From assembly GCA_037445535.1 (NCBI GenBank), contig JBBIKI010000005.1:1-55682 (forward strand): a DNA stretch of 55,682 nucleotides, read 5' to 3'. Numbering within the stretch: position 1 is the stretch's first letter; every line of letters starts with the position of its first letter. This document shows positions 46,115 through 55,682 of this stretch, piece after piece. The notes under the pieces are model-generated. The model searched no databases, was not told the origin of the DNA, and saw nothing but the letters and a program-made list of their open reading frames with translations. Made by a program: the position numbers and the translations under genes. Origin of the DNA: Acidobacteriota bacterium. GTDB taxonomy: Bacteria; Acidobacteriota; UBA4820; DSQY01.

Positions 46115-47191
46115 ATGGGCGTCATTCCCAGCTTCTTCGGCAAGGGCAAAGACGGGGCGCGGGAGAACCGCTTTCGCCTCACGCCCGAGGCCCGTCTCCA
46201 GGCCCAGCGGGAGAAGACGAAGGTGAGGGATGACGCGGCGCCCGCGTCGTCCCTCGTGCAGCCCAAACCGCTCCCCGAAGGAACCAAAGTCCTTGGCCTC
46301 CGCATCGATGTAGACACCCACGAGGGCATGCGCGACGGCGTTCCGAGGCTCCTTGAGGTGCTTCGTTCGGCCGGGGTGAAGGGGTCCTTCTACTTCGCCA
46401 TGGGCCCGGACCGCTCGGGCCTCGCCATCCTCAACGTCTTCACCCGGCCCGGCTTCCTCGCCAAGATGCTCCGCAGCGGCGCCCCCAAGGTCTACAGCAC
46501 CCGGACCATGCTCTCCGGAACCCTCCTGCCCGCCCGCCCCGTGGCCGCGGCCTTTCCCGAGATCGCTAGGCGGGTGGAGGCGGAGGGCCACGAGACGGGG
46601 GTCCACGCGTGGGACCACCGCCGGTGGCAGGACTCCCTCCTTCGCTTTTCCGAGGACAGAATCATTCTGGAACTGGAGCGCGCCTTCGACGCGTACGTAT
46701 CCATCTTCGGCAAGAAACCCCTCACGTATGCGGCCCCCGCGTGGTTCTGCTGCGAGGAGAGCCTCCTCCATCAAGACAAGATGGGGTTGGCCTACGCTTC
46801 CGACTGCCGGGGGATGGACCCCTTCTACCCTGTCATTGACGGGCACGCCTTGCGCACGCCCCAGGTGCCCGCCACCCTTCCCACCCTCGACGAGGCCCTC
46901 GGGCTCACGCACAAGAGCGCGGAGGCCTTCTACGACGCCATGTTTGAAGAGGTGAGGCCCGGCGAATGGCCCGTCCTCACGGTCCACGCCGAGCTGGAGG
47001 GCGGCCCCTACGCCGCCGCCTTCGCCGCCTTCCTCGCCAAGGCAAAGGAGCACGGCGTCCTCGTCCTGCCCCTTCGTGATCTCCTCGCCGCCCGCCTCGG
47101 CACGGGCGCTCCCCTTCCCCGCTGCACCATGGCCTACGGCCAGATCGAAGGGCGCCACGGCGTCGTCTCGCTCCAGATGCTCGAAGTTTAG
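46115..47191 (+). CDS. arnD: Undecaprenyl-phosphate-Ara4FN deformylase (polysaccharide deacetylase fold)
   Basis: GLRIDVDTHEG..DGVPRL, MGPDRSG, GTLLP, GVHAWDH..WQD, TLPTLDE, TVHAELEG. Confidence 0.88.
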   Translation: MGVIPSFFGKGKDGARENRFRLTPEARLQAQREKTKVRDDAAPASSLVQPKPLPEGTKVLGLRIDVDTHEGMRDGVPRLLEVLRSAGVKGSFYFAMGPDRSGLAILNVFTRPGFLAKMLRSGAPKVYSTRTMLSGTLLPARPVAAAFPEIARRVEAEGHETGVHAWDHRRWQDSLLRFSEDRIILELERAFDAYVSIFGKKPLTYAAPAWFCCEESLLHQDKMGLAYASDCRGMDPFYPVIDGHALRTPQVPATLPTLDEALGLTHKSAEAFYDAMFEEVRPGEWPVLTVHAELEGGPYAAAFAAFLAKAKEHGVLVLPLRDLLAARLGTGAPLPRCTMAYGQIEGRHGVVSLQMLEV

Positions 47192-47314
47192 GCCACAGCC
47201 TCCGACTTCGCCGCTAGGAGGATCGCCCACGCCAGGGACCGGCCAATGGAGAGGCCGCCGAGCATGCACGTGTCCTCCGGGGCAGGAGCGCGGTTCTTCA
47301 CGTGCAGCTTGCGT

Positions 47315-47680
47315 CTAGCCCTTCATCCACTCGGGCCGTTCGTAGGCTTTGCCGGGCGTGCCGCCAAGGGCGAGGATGGTGGCCCCCGAGCCTCCCGGGA
47401 TGAGCTTCCGCTTCTGGGAGGGCCCGACGCGGACGAGGGTGCCCCGCTCAAGCTCCCAGGATTCCTCACCCGCCAGGAGCTTGGCACTTCCTTCCAGGAC
47501 GACGTAGACCTCCTCCTGGCCATCCTTCACGTGATCATGTTCGGGATAGTCAGGCCAGTTCGGCGGCAGCTTGAGGATGTTCATGCCCCAGGCCGTCACC
47601 CCCAACCCCTTCGCCGCGTACTTGAAGTTCTCGTTGTACCCGTCCAGTTCTTCAAAGCGTTTGAACATCACGTCGGACAT
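47315..47680 (-). CDS. Cupin-domain protein
   Basis: PEHDH...QEEVYVVLEGS...G.LVRVGP; AGGAGGAG RBS before ATG 47680. Confidence 0.85.
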   Translation of the reverse strand: MSDVMFKRFEELDGYNENFKYAAKGLGVTAWGMNILKLPPNWPDYPEHDHVKDGQEEVYVVLEGSAKLLAGEESWELERGTLVRVGPSQKRKLIPGGSGATILALGGTPGKAYERPEWMKG

Positions 47681-47922
47681 GACTCCTCCTTCATAGAGCA
47701 TGCGTTTTCAGCTTAGACTGAACAGGCGAAGGGGGAATGACATTCCACATCGATTCGCAAGCAGGAGTGTCCGCGCCGCAAGTGAAGGAATGTGGCTCAT
47801 TTCTTTCTCCGTGATCTTCGTGTCTTCGTGGTGAATATCCTTTCCCTTCCTATGGGGTTTCCGCGTCCTGAGCCGTGAAGGGCGTTTCGTCTTGCGGCAA
47901 GAAGTCCGCCTGGCCGTGCCGG

Positions 47923-47951
47923 TTGCACTTGGCGGCCTCGGCGCCTATAGT
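47923..47951 (+). promoter_or_regulatory. Putative sigma70 promoter for the kinase cluster
   Basis: TTGCAC-N17-TATAGT about 65 nt upstream of ATG 48017. Confidence 0.55.
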
Positions 47952-48016
47952 GACAGGCGCGATTTGCACCAGGAGCAGGGAGTTTGAACAGCGGGCAGTT
48001 CCGAAGGGAGGCATCC

Positions 48017-49855
48017 ATGGAAGGGGACGGGAGCGGCAAGCCCAGCGTTCCAGGATGGCAAGGCCGCTACGACCTTCGGACCCTCTTCGAGGCGTCCACC
48101 ATGGGGCTGGCCGTGACCCTCATGGATGGAACGCTCGTGGAGGTGAACCCCGCCTTCGCCCGCATCCTCGGCAGGACGGTGGAGGAGTGCAGAGGTCTCA
48201 GATACTGGGAGATCACCCCGGAGGCCCACGCGATCAGGCAGCGGGAGCAGATCGAGACGCTGATGCACACCGGCCGCTATGGTCCCTTCGAAAAGGAATA
48301 CATCCACAAGGACGGCCATGCCGTGCCCGTGCGGCTCTCTGGCGTCCTCATGGAGCAGGGTGGCGAGCGGTTCGTCTGGTCCTCAGTCGAGGACATCACG
48401 CAGCGAAAAGAGGCCGAAGCCGCCATTCAGAACGAGCGCGATTTCTCCAACGCGGTGCTCGACAGCCTCCCGGGCGTACTGTATTGCTACGACGAAACTT
48501 TATCTTTTAGGCGCTGGAATCAAAACTTCGAGCGTGTCACGGGCTACACCGCCGCTGAAGTGGCCCGCATGAGCCCTCTCGACCTCTTTGCGGGGGCGGA
48601 CAAGGCCCTGCTGGCTGAACGAATCCATGAGGTCTTCGATAAGGGCATCTCGCAGGTGGAGGCGGACCTCGTGGCCAAGGACGGGACGCGAACGCCTTAT
48701 TTCTTCACCGGCCTGGCTGCGGTGATTGACGGCCGGCGGCACCTGGTCGGCATGGGCCTTGACGTGTCCAATCAGAAGCAGGCGGAGGCTCGCCTATTGG
48801 AGAGCGAGCGCCACTACCGCATGCTCTTCGAAGCCAATCCTCACCCCATGTGGGTTTACGATCAGGAAACGCTGGGCTTTCTGGCGGTGAACGAGGCGGC
48901 TATCCTCCACTACGGCTATTCGCGGAAGGAGTTCGCGGCTCTAACTATCCGCGACATCCGGCCAGAGGAGGAGCAGGCGCGGCTCCAAGAGAACCTCGCG
49001 GGCCATCGTGAAACGATCCAGCACTCAGGCACTTGGAAGCACCGCAAGAAGGACGGGACCATCATCCTGGTGGAAATCACCTCCCATTCGCTGGATTTCT
49101 CCGGACGGCCCGCCCGGCTGGTTCTTTGCCACGACGTGACCCACCGCGTGGCGCTGGAGGAACGCCTTCTGCAAGCCCAGAACCTGGAGACCATCGGCAT
49201 GATCGCGGGCGGCGTGGCCCACGAGGTTCGCAACCCGCTCTTCGCCATAACCACGCTCGTGGCGGCCCTGGAGAAGAAACTGCGGGGACAGACGGACCTT
49301 GGCGGGTTCGTGGCGCACATACAAAACGAGACCCGGCGCCTGAACGATCTGATGGCTGACTTGCTCAGCCTCGGGAGGGTCCTGGATAAGTCCCAGTTCA
49401 TTGCCGTGGACCTCCGGTCCGTGCTTACTAGTACCAAAGACCTAATCACGGCAGGGGGCACGGACACTTCAGCCTGCGAGATGACGTTTCCCGGCGAGGC
49501 CCTCGTGGTCGCTGGCGCTTCGGACAGGCTCGCGCAGGTCTTCGCGAACCTTGGGCAGAACGCCCTGGCCTTTAGCCCCCCTGGCGGGAAAGTCCGCGTT
49601 CGCGCCTGGCGGGAGAGAGGCGAAGCTTGTGTTGCCTTCTCCGACGACGGCCCCGGACTCCCATCGGACCTACTCCCAAGGCTCTTCACGCCTTTTGCCA
49701 GCAGGCGCAAGGGAGGCACGGGGCTGGGGCTCGCCATCGTCCACAAGATCGTCACTTTGCACGGAGGAACTGTCGCGGGAAGGAACAATGAAGACGGACC
49801 TGGAGCGGTCTTTACGGTAAGATTGCCCCTGGCCGGGGGAAGGACGGAGCCATGA
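48017..49855 (+). CDS. Cytoplasmic triple-PAS sensor histidine kinase
   Basis: Three PAS/PAC repeats; H-box AHEVRNPL, N-box NLGQNA, DDGPG, GTGLGLAI. Confidence 0.93.
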   Translation: MEGDGSGKPSVPGWQGRYDLRTLFEASTMGLAVTLMDGTLVEVNPAFARILGRTVEECRGLRYWEITPEAHAIRQREQIETLMHTGRYGPFEKEYIHKDGHAVPVRLSGVLMEQGGERFVWSSVEDITQRKEAEAAIQNERDFSNAVLDSLPGVLYCYDETLSFRRWNQNFERVTGYTAAEVARMSPLDLFAGADKALLAERIHEVFDKGISQVEADLVAKDGTRTPYFFTGLAAVIDGRRHLVGMGLDVSNQKQAEARLLESERHYRMLFEANPHPMWVYDQETLGFLAVNEAAILHYGYSRKEFAALTIRDIRPEEEQARLQENLAGHRETIQHSGTWKHRKKDGTIILVEITSHSLDFSGRPARLVLCHDVTHRVALEERLLQAQNLETIGMIAGGVAHEVRNPLFAITTLVAALEKKLRGQTDLGGFVAHIQNETRRLNDLMADLLSLGRVLDKSQFIAVDLRSVLTSTKDLITAGGTDTSACEMTFPGEALVVAGASDRLAQVFANLGQNALAFSPPGGKVRVRAWRERGEACVAFSDDGPGLPSDLLPRLFTPFASRRKGGTGLGLAIVHKIVTLHGGTVAGRNNEDGPGAVFTVRLPLAGGRTEP

Positions 49856-52311
49856 GCCCAGCCGCACAGCCCCATAGCGCGGGCCTCACGCGGGCGACTC
49901 ACGCCGCCGCTCTTTTCAAGGCCATGGGCGTGGCCTGCTTGGCGGTGTGCGCCGTGATCTTCGTGGAACGCATGCACCGTACCGGCGTGGTTCATCTGGA
50001 AAAGTCGCAGGTGCGAGAGGCCTTGCGGCGCTGGGACGACCTCCTGAATGAAGCCCTGGATAAGCCCAGCCTCATGGCCCAGGCCCTCGCCGCCCACATC
50101 GCCTTTTCGCGAGAGGAGGACCTGGCGGCGGGCCTCCCCGCTTTCATGGCGGCCCTAAAGGCCGAGGCCCCTGGAGTCAGCTTCTTCGTGGTGGCCCCCG
50201 GCGGAATCACCCGCTGGGTCTACCCTTTGGAAGGCAACGAAGTCCACCTCGGGCGAGACCTCCTCAAGAGCGCGGACGCCTCCGTGCACGACGAGGTGGC
50301 CGCCGCCCTCGCCGCGCGGGGCCCCGTTCTGGGAAAGCCGCACCTCTTGCCCGGTGGAACCATGGGCGTGGTTGTGCGCCAGCCGGTCTTTCGGGATGGC
50401 AAGCTCTGGGGGCTGGTGACCGTGGGCCTTGACCTCCCCAGCTTGCTCAAACGGGGCTCCGAGCTTTCCGGATTCTCCTACCCCCTCGACGCCGCGCTCC
50501 GCCTTCCCGGCAGCGCTCCCTTCTGGGGCGACCCTTCCGTGTTCCTCCGAAAGCCCGCCGCAGTCCCCGTTACCGTGCCTGGAGGCGCGGCCTGGGACCT
50601 GGCCGCCGTGCCCGCCGCGGGGTGGGGCGCCTCTCTGGCGGAGGGGCAACCGGTCCGGTATGCCGTCGAAGTCCTCTTGATCCTGCTCTTCGCTGGCCTC
50701 ACCTACTCCATGAGCGACCGGTCGGCGAGGCTCAGATTGAGCATCGAGCATTCCACGGCCGAAATCAGGGCATTGAACGAGCGCCTCACTTCGGAGTTGG
50801 AAGAGAAGCGGGCCTCGGAGGCCCGGTTCCAAGCCTTCATGACCTATCTTCCCGGCGTCGTGTTCTTACGCGACGCCTCGGGGCGGTATGTTTACGTGAA
50901 CGAGGGATGGATCAAGAACTCGGGCATCTCGCGGGAGGACGCGCTAGGGAAAGCCCCGGCGGAGATCCTTTCGGCGAAGGAGGCTCAGGAGCTGGCCGAA
51001 GAGGACGCCAAGGTCATGGCCGGGGAGCCCCTGGTTTGGAAAGAGATCGCCTATCCTTTCCGTGGCGGCACGACGTATTGGATGTGCTCCAAGTTCCCCA
51101 TCCGTGACGGCGCGGGCCAGACCCGCTTCGTAGCTGGCTTCTCCTACGAAATCACCGCCGAGCGCAAGGCGCGCGAGTGCTTGCGGGAATCGGAAGCGCG
51201 CTACCGCATGCTGTTTGAGAGGAACCTGGCCGGCGTCTACCGCTGCGACCTCAAGGGACGCGTCTTCGAGTGCAACCAGGCCTTTGCCGATATGTTCGGC
51301 TTTGAATCTCCTCAGGACGTTTTAAACCATCCCAAGCACAACTTTACGGCAGAAAAGCAAGATCACCGCGCCTTTATCCGCCGCATGGAGGAGTCGGGCT
51401 GGGTCAAGAACTGGGAATCGCAAACGCACCGGAAAGACGGCACGACCTTCTGGGCCCTTGAAAACGCCTCCCGCGTGGATGAGCCCGGGGTGGAGCCGTT
51501 CATCGAGGGTTCGATCTTCGACATCACCGAGCGCAAAGAATTCACCGCCCAGCTCGCCCGCGCGGAGAAGCTTGAGACGGCCTTCAAGATCACCCAGGGG
51601 CTCGCCCACGAGGTGCGCAATCCCCTCTTCGCCATCCAGGTGAACCTGAGCGCGTGGGCCAAGAGCCGCGCATCGGGAGGCGAAGGGGACCCTCACGTCA
51701 CGTACGTCCTCGACCACGTCAAGCGCCTCGCCCGCCTCCTGAGCAGCCTCATGGAACTGGGCTATTCGCTGGAGAAGGAGGAACTGGCCGACGTGATGCC
51801 GGCCGTGCTCCTGGAGGAGGCATGGACTCTGGCCCGAGCCGAGTGCCCCGGGCGGGAGGTTCAACTCATCGTGGACCCTTCCCCCTCACCCGCGCCGGTT
51901 CGAGTGGCAGCCTCAAGGATGATGAAGGCCCTGGTCCACCTGCTCGCCAACGCTATCGAGGTAACACCCGAAGGAAAACCCATCCACGTGTCCACCCGCC
52001 GCGAGAAGGGAAACTGCGTCCTTATGATCCGCGACGAGGGGCCGGGCATTTCCTCCGGCATCGCGGCTCACCTTTTCGACCCCTTCGTCACGACCCGCAC
52101 GGGCAGGCCGGGCCTCGGGCTGGCCCTGGCCCGCCATACCATTGAAGTCCATGGCGGAACCATCACCGCTTCCAACAACGATCCTAGACCCGGGGCAACC
52201 TTCACCGTGACGCTTCCCACCGCCAGCCCGGAGCAGGACGGCCAGGCGCGGAATGAGCTGAAGCCCGAACCGGCCCCGGCGAGCGGCGGCCCTGGAGCTG
52301 CGGCCGTCTAA
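49852..52311 (+). CDS. Membrane CHASE-like + double-PAS sensor histidine kinase
   Basis: TM helix, then APGG..RWVYPLEGNE..LG.DL...PVF...WG.V (CHASE-like), a second TM, two PAS domains, AHEVRNPL, DEGPG, GLGLAL. Confidence 0.9.
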   Translation: MSPAAQPHSAGLTRATHAAALFKAMGVACLAVCAVIFVERMHRTGVVHLEKSQVREALRRWDDLLNEALDKPSLMAQALAAHIAFSREEDLAAGLPAFMAALKAEAPGVSFFVVAPGGITRWVYPLEGNEVHLGRDLLKSADASVHDEVAAALAARGPVLGKPHLLPGGTMGVVVRQPVFRDGKLWGLVTVGLDLPSLLKRGSELSGFSYPLDAALRLPGSAPFWGDPSVFLRKPAAVPVTVPGGAAWDLAAVPAAGWGASLAEGQPVRYAVEVLLILLFAGLTYSMSDRSARLRLSIEHSTAEIRALNERLTSELEEKRASEARFQAFMTYLPGVVFLRDASGRYVYVNEGWIKNSGISREDALGKAPAEILSAKEAQELAEEDAKVMAGEPLVWKEIAYPFRGGTTYWMCSKFPIRDGAGQTRFVAGFSYEITAERKARECLRESEARYRMLFERNLAGVYRCDLKGRVFECNQAFADMFGFESPQDVLNHPKHNFTAEKQDHRAFIRRMEESGWVKNWESQTHRKDGTTFWALENASRVDEPGVEPFIEGSIFDITERKEFTAQLARAEKLETAFKITQGLAHEVRNPLFAIQVNLSAWAKSRASGGEGDPHVTYVLDHVKRLARLLSSLMELGYSLEKEELADVMPAVLLEEAWTLARAECPGREVQLIVDPSPSPAPVRVAASRMMKALVHLLANAIEVTPEGKPIHVSTRREKGNCVLMIRDEGPGISSGIAAHLFDPFVTTRTGRPGLGLALARHTIEVHGGTITASNNDPRPGATFTVTLPTASPEQDGQARNELKPEPAPASGGPGAAAV

Positions 52312-52353
52312 ACGTCCCGCGCCCGCGGGTGTACCATGCCTCCGGAGGTTCGA

Positions 52354-54252
52354 ATGAAGGAAGCTTTGGAGACAGACCGCCGGCCCGTGATCCTGGTGGT
52401 GGACGACGACAAGGTAAGCCGGACCGTCGTGGTCTCCCTCATGGACAAGGCGGGCTTTCAAACCCTGGCGGCGGGAACCGGCGGCGAATGCATGGAGATG
52501 GTCCGCCGCAAGAACCCCGATCTCGTGCTCCTGGACATGAACCTCCCCGATGCCAAAGGCACGGACGTGTGCAGGGCCATCAAAGGCGACCCGGGGCTGG
52601 CAGACACCCTCGTCGTCCACCTCTCCTCCTCCGAAACCTCCCCCGGCGTTCAGACGGCGGCCCTGGACGCTGGGGCCGACGGGTACGTAGCCAAACCCGT
52701 GGACAACATGGAACTGGTGGCCAGAATCCGCGCCCTCCTGCGCCTCCGGAACGTGGAACGCTCGCTCCGCCAGGAGCTTACGCGCCGCGCCGAGCTCCAA
52801 TCCATCATCAACGGGAGCCCCACCGTGGCCGTCCTCTGGAAGACGGGGCCCGTCCTGGCCGTGGACTATATTTCGGAAGGAGTCCGCAGGTACGGATACG
52901 AGCCCGAGGACTTCACTTCGGGCCGCATGACCTACGCCGAGCTCCTCCACCCCGACGATGCCGCGAGGATCTCCGGCGAGTCCCGGGCCTTTTCTGCTGA
53001 AGGACGGGATGACTATGTCCAGACCTACCGCATTCTGGCCCGTGACGGCCGCGTGCGCTGGGTCGAGGACTACACTTCGGCCCGCAGGGACGAAGCGGGC
53101 GCTGTGCATCACTATCAGGGCGTCATCCTGGATATCACCGAACGCAAGCGCGCGGAAGAAGCGCGCCGCGAGAGCGACAGGCGGTTCCGTGCCGCGGTGG
53201 AAAGCAGCATGGACGCCTTTTTCCTCGTCAGGGCCCTTGACGGCGAGGATGGCACGATCGAGGATCTGGTCTTTATCGACATGAACCGAACCGGAGAGGC
53301 CTTCGCGGGCACGCCCAAGGAAAGCGTCGTGGGCCGGCGCATCAGCGAGGTCTTCCCTCCATTGAAGGCCCTTGGATTCATCACCGCCTGCGCCCGCGTC
53401 ATCCGGGAGGGCGAGGCCACGGAGCACGAGTTCCCCCTTGAGATCGGCGGGCGGCCGCCCCGCTGGATTCGCTACCAGTTGGTGCCCATCGGTGACGGCC
53501 TGGCCATCACGGCGAGGGACATCTCCAGGCAGAAGCGCGCGGAGGCCTCGCGCAAGGCGCGTGACCTTCAGGATCTGCGGGACCAGACCGCGGAGACCAT
53601 GTGGCAGCTCGCCAAGGGCCTCGCCCACGAGATCCGCAATCCCCTCTTCGCCATCGACGCCAACGTGGCGGCCCTGGCCAAGCAAGTGCAGGCGGCGGAC
53701 AAAGCCGCCCCCTACATGAGCTACATCCGGGAGCACGTGAAGCGGCTCGATTCGCTCATGAGGGACCTCCTCGAACTGGGGCGCCCTCTCGACGAGTCCG
53801 AGTTCGGGCCCTGCGAGGTGGCCTGGGTGATCCAGTCAGCCATCGACAAGATCGAGATCGACTTCCCCGGTGCGGCGGGCAGGCTGGTGGTTCAGGTACC
53901 CGATGAGCTGCCCCGTCTCAGGGCCGTGCCGGGCAAGCTGACCCTCGCCCTGGCCCATCTTATCGAGAACGCCATCGAAAGCCTCCCCTCCGGGCGAATC
54001 GAGATTCGGGCAGAGCGGGACGATGGGCGGATTTTCTTGAGGGTGTACGACGAGGGTCCGGGCATCCCTCCGGCCCTCTTCTCCTCCTTGTTCCAGCCTT
54101 TCGTGACGAGCAAGGGGTCCCACCCTGGCCTGGGCCTGGTCCTCGCCAGGCATTTCGTGGAGGCCCACCGCGGCACCCTCACGGGCGCCAACCGCGTGGA
54201 CTCGCCCGGGGCCGTCTTCACCATGTCCCTCCCCACCTCCCCCAAGCCTTGA
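52354..54252 (+). CDS. Hybrid REC-PAS-PAS histidine kinase
   Basis: ILVVDDD...PDLVLLDMNLP...GADGYVAKP receiver; AHEIRNPL; DEGPG; GLGL. Start is 52354 (GGAGG RBS) or 52336. Confidence 0.92.
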   Translation: MKEALETDRRPVILVVDDDKVSRTVVVSLMDKAGFQTLAAGTGGECMEMVRRKNPDLVLLDMNLPDAKGTDVCRAIKGDPGLADTLVVHLSSSETSPGVQTAALDAGADGYVAKPVDNMELVARIRALLRLRNVERSLRQELTRRAELQSIINGSPTVAVLWKTGPVLAVDYISEGVRRYGYEPEDFTSGRMTYAELLHPDDAARISGESRAFSAEGRDDYVQTYRILARDGRVRWVEDYTSARRDEAGAVHHYQGVILDITERKRAEEARRESDRRFRAAVESSMDAFFLVRALDGEDGTIEDLVFIDMNRTGEAFAGTPKESVVGRRISEVFPPLKALGFITACARVIREGEATEHEFPLEIGGRPPRWIRYQLVPIGDGLAITARDISRQKRAEASRKARDLQDLRDQTAETMWQLAKGLAHEIRNPLFAIDANVAALAKQVQAADKAAPYMSYIREHVKRLDSLMRDLLELGRPLDESEFGPCEVAWVIQSAIDKIEIDFPGAAGRLVVQVPDELPRLRAVPGKLTLALAHLIENAIESLPSGRIEIRAERDDGRIFLRVYDEGPGIPPALFSSLFQPFVTSKGSHPGLGLVLARHFVEAHRGTLTGANRVDSPGAVFTMSLPTSPKP

Positions 54253-54398
54253 GTTTGGTATCGGTGCACTCGTGCAACGAACCCGCGCTGCTTGAATCGC
54301 GGGCCGCCCTCTGGTAGGCTAAGTCTCTCACCGGCGGGAAGTTCCCACGCGGTCGCGGCGGGGCCTCGCCGGGCATCTCTGCCCAACCGGAGGTTCTC

Positions 54399-55604
54399 AT
54401 GTCCACCTCGCGTACACACTCGTTCATCGAAGAAGCGGAACTCTACGGAGCCCACAACTACCATCCCCTCCCCGTGGTTCTGGACAAGGCCGAAGGCGTC
54501 TGGGTCTGGGACGTGGACGGCCAGAAGTACATGGACTGCCTCTCGGCCTATTCGGCCGTCAACCAGGGCCATCGCCACCCCAAGATCGTCCAGGCCCTGA
54601 AGGACCAGGCGGACCGGGTGACCCTCACCTCCCGCGGCTTTCACAATGACAAGATGGGTCCCATGCTCAAACTCTTGTGCGAGATCACGGGATACCAGAA
54701 GGCGCTGCCCATGAACACGGGCGCCGAGGCGGTGGAAACGGCGCTCAAGACGGCGCGCAAGTGGGGGCAGTACGTGAAGGGGGTCCCGGAGGGCAAGCAG
54801 GAGATCGTGGTCTGCGCCCAGAACTTCCACGGCCGAACCATCACCATCATCACCTTCTCCAGCGACGCCCAGACCAAGGACGGCTTCGGCCCCTTCACGC
54901 CCGGCTTCGTGACCATCCCCTACGGCGACGCCAAGGCCCTCGAAAGGGCCATCACGCCCAACACCGTGGGCTTCATGGTGGAGCCCATCCAGGGCGAGGC
55001 GGGAGTGGTGGTGCCGCCCGAAGGCTATCTCAAGGCCTGCTTTGATCTCTGCAAGAAGAACAACGTCCTCTTTATCGCCGACGAGGTCCAGACGGGCTTC
55101 TGCCGCACGGGCCGCTGGTTCGCCTGCGACTACGAAGCCATCAAGCCCGACATCATGGTCCTAGGCAAAGCTCTGGGCGGCGGCATGTTCCCCGTGTCGG
55201 CCATCGTGGCCGACGACGCGGTCATGAAGGTGTTTACCCCGGGGGACCACGGCTCCACCTTCGGCGGCAACCCCCTGGGCGCCGCCGTGGCGCAGGCCGC
55301 CCTTGAAGTGCTGCGGGACGAGAAGCTCGACAAGCGCGCGGCGGAGCTGGGCCCCTATTTCATGGACCGCCTCCGCGCCCTCAACAGCCGCCACATCGAA
55401 CTGGTGCGCGGCAAGGGCCTCCTGGTGGGCGTGGTCATCAAGAGGGCCTCGGGCAAGGCCCGGCCCCTCTGCGAGAAACTCATGGGGCACGGCATCCTCG
55501 CCAAGGATACTCACGAACAGGTGATCCGGTTCGCGCCCGCCCTCGTCATCACCAAGGAAGAGATCGACTGGGCCGTGGGCGTCATCGGCAAGGTGCTGGC
55601 CTGA
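54399..55604 (+). CDS. rocD: Ornithine--oxo-acid aminotransferase
   Basis: GAHNYHPLPVV, DCLSAYSAVNQGH, MNTGAEAVETA, EPIQGEAGV, ADEVQTG, GKALGGG, HGSTFGGNPL. Confidence 0.95.
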   Translation: MSTSRTHSFIEEAELYGAHNYHPLPVVLDKAEGVWVWDVDGQKYMDCLSAYSAVNQGHRHPKIVQALKDQADRVTLTSRGFHNDKMGPMLKLLCEITGYQKALPMNTGAEAVETALKTARKWGQYVKGVPEGKQEIVVCAQNFHGRTITIITFSSDAQTKDGFGPFTPGFVTIPYGDAKALERAITPNTVGFMVEPIQGEAGVVVPPEGYLKACFDLCKKNNVLFIADEVQTGFCRTGRWFACDYEAIKPDIMVLGKALGGGMFPVSAIVADDAVMKVFTPGDHGSTFGGNPLGAAVAQAALEVLRDEKLDKRAAELGPYFMDRLRALNSRHIELVRGKGLLVGVVIKRASGKARPLCEKLMGHGILAKDTHEQVIRFAPALVITKEEIDWAVGVIGKVLA

Positions 55605-55628
55605 GTACGGAGGCATTGCGTGAACTCG

Positions 55629-55661
55629 AGGGGCCGTCGCAGCGCGGGACGGCCCCTTTTT
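55629..55661 (+). terminator. Intrinsic terminator after rocD
   Basis: AGGGGCCGTC-loop-GACGGCCCCT followed by TTTT. Confidence 0.85.
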
Positions 55662-55682
55662 GAATGTGAAATGTTGAATGTG

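Overview
GC-rich (roughly two-thirds G+C by eye) chromosomal window from a diderm bacterium; the lineage cannot be fixed from the sequence alone. From left to right it holds: (1) the 5' part of an MmeI-like type IIL restriction-modification gene, a HerA/DUF87-type ATPase, a TudS-DUF1722 (RudS-like) desulfidase and a trypsin-TPR protease; (2) an acetate-utilisation locus (DcaP-like porin, OFA-family MFS transporter, Acs, GNAT-fused Pat-type acetyltransferase, AcuB, AcuC); (3) housekeeping genes (TatA with a zinc ribbon, tyrS, purN, PiT/DUF47, hflX); (4) a secreted protein-STAS-MglA-like GTPase operon; (5) ChaN-like, MutY-Nudix and Coa1-like genes divergent from an Rrf2-sufCBDU-Rieske-sufS operon with a clear promoter and palindromic operator; (6) a redox tail of DUF2892, an unannotated membrane microprotein, thioredoxin and an FmdB zinc ribbon; (7) ElbB-like and DHH genes; (8) an L-Ara4N-type arn cluster with two ArnT and a split ArnA; (9) a cupin, three tandem PAS histidine kinases and rocD. 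The most notable observation is in part 6. Both the microprotein (33524-33706) and the FmdB protein (34035-34256) have an in-frame TGA followed at the expected spacing by a SECIS-like hairpin. This suggests a pair of candidate selenoproteins flanking thioredoxin at the end of the SUF operon. It is an inference that needs selA/selB/selC/selD elsewhere in the genome and homolog alignments.
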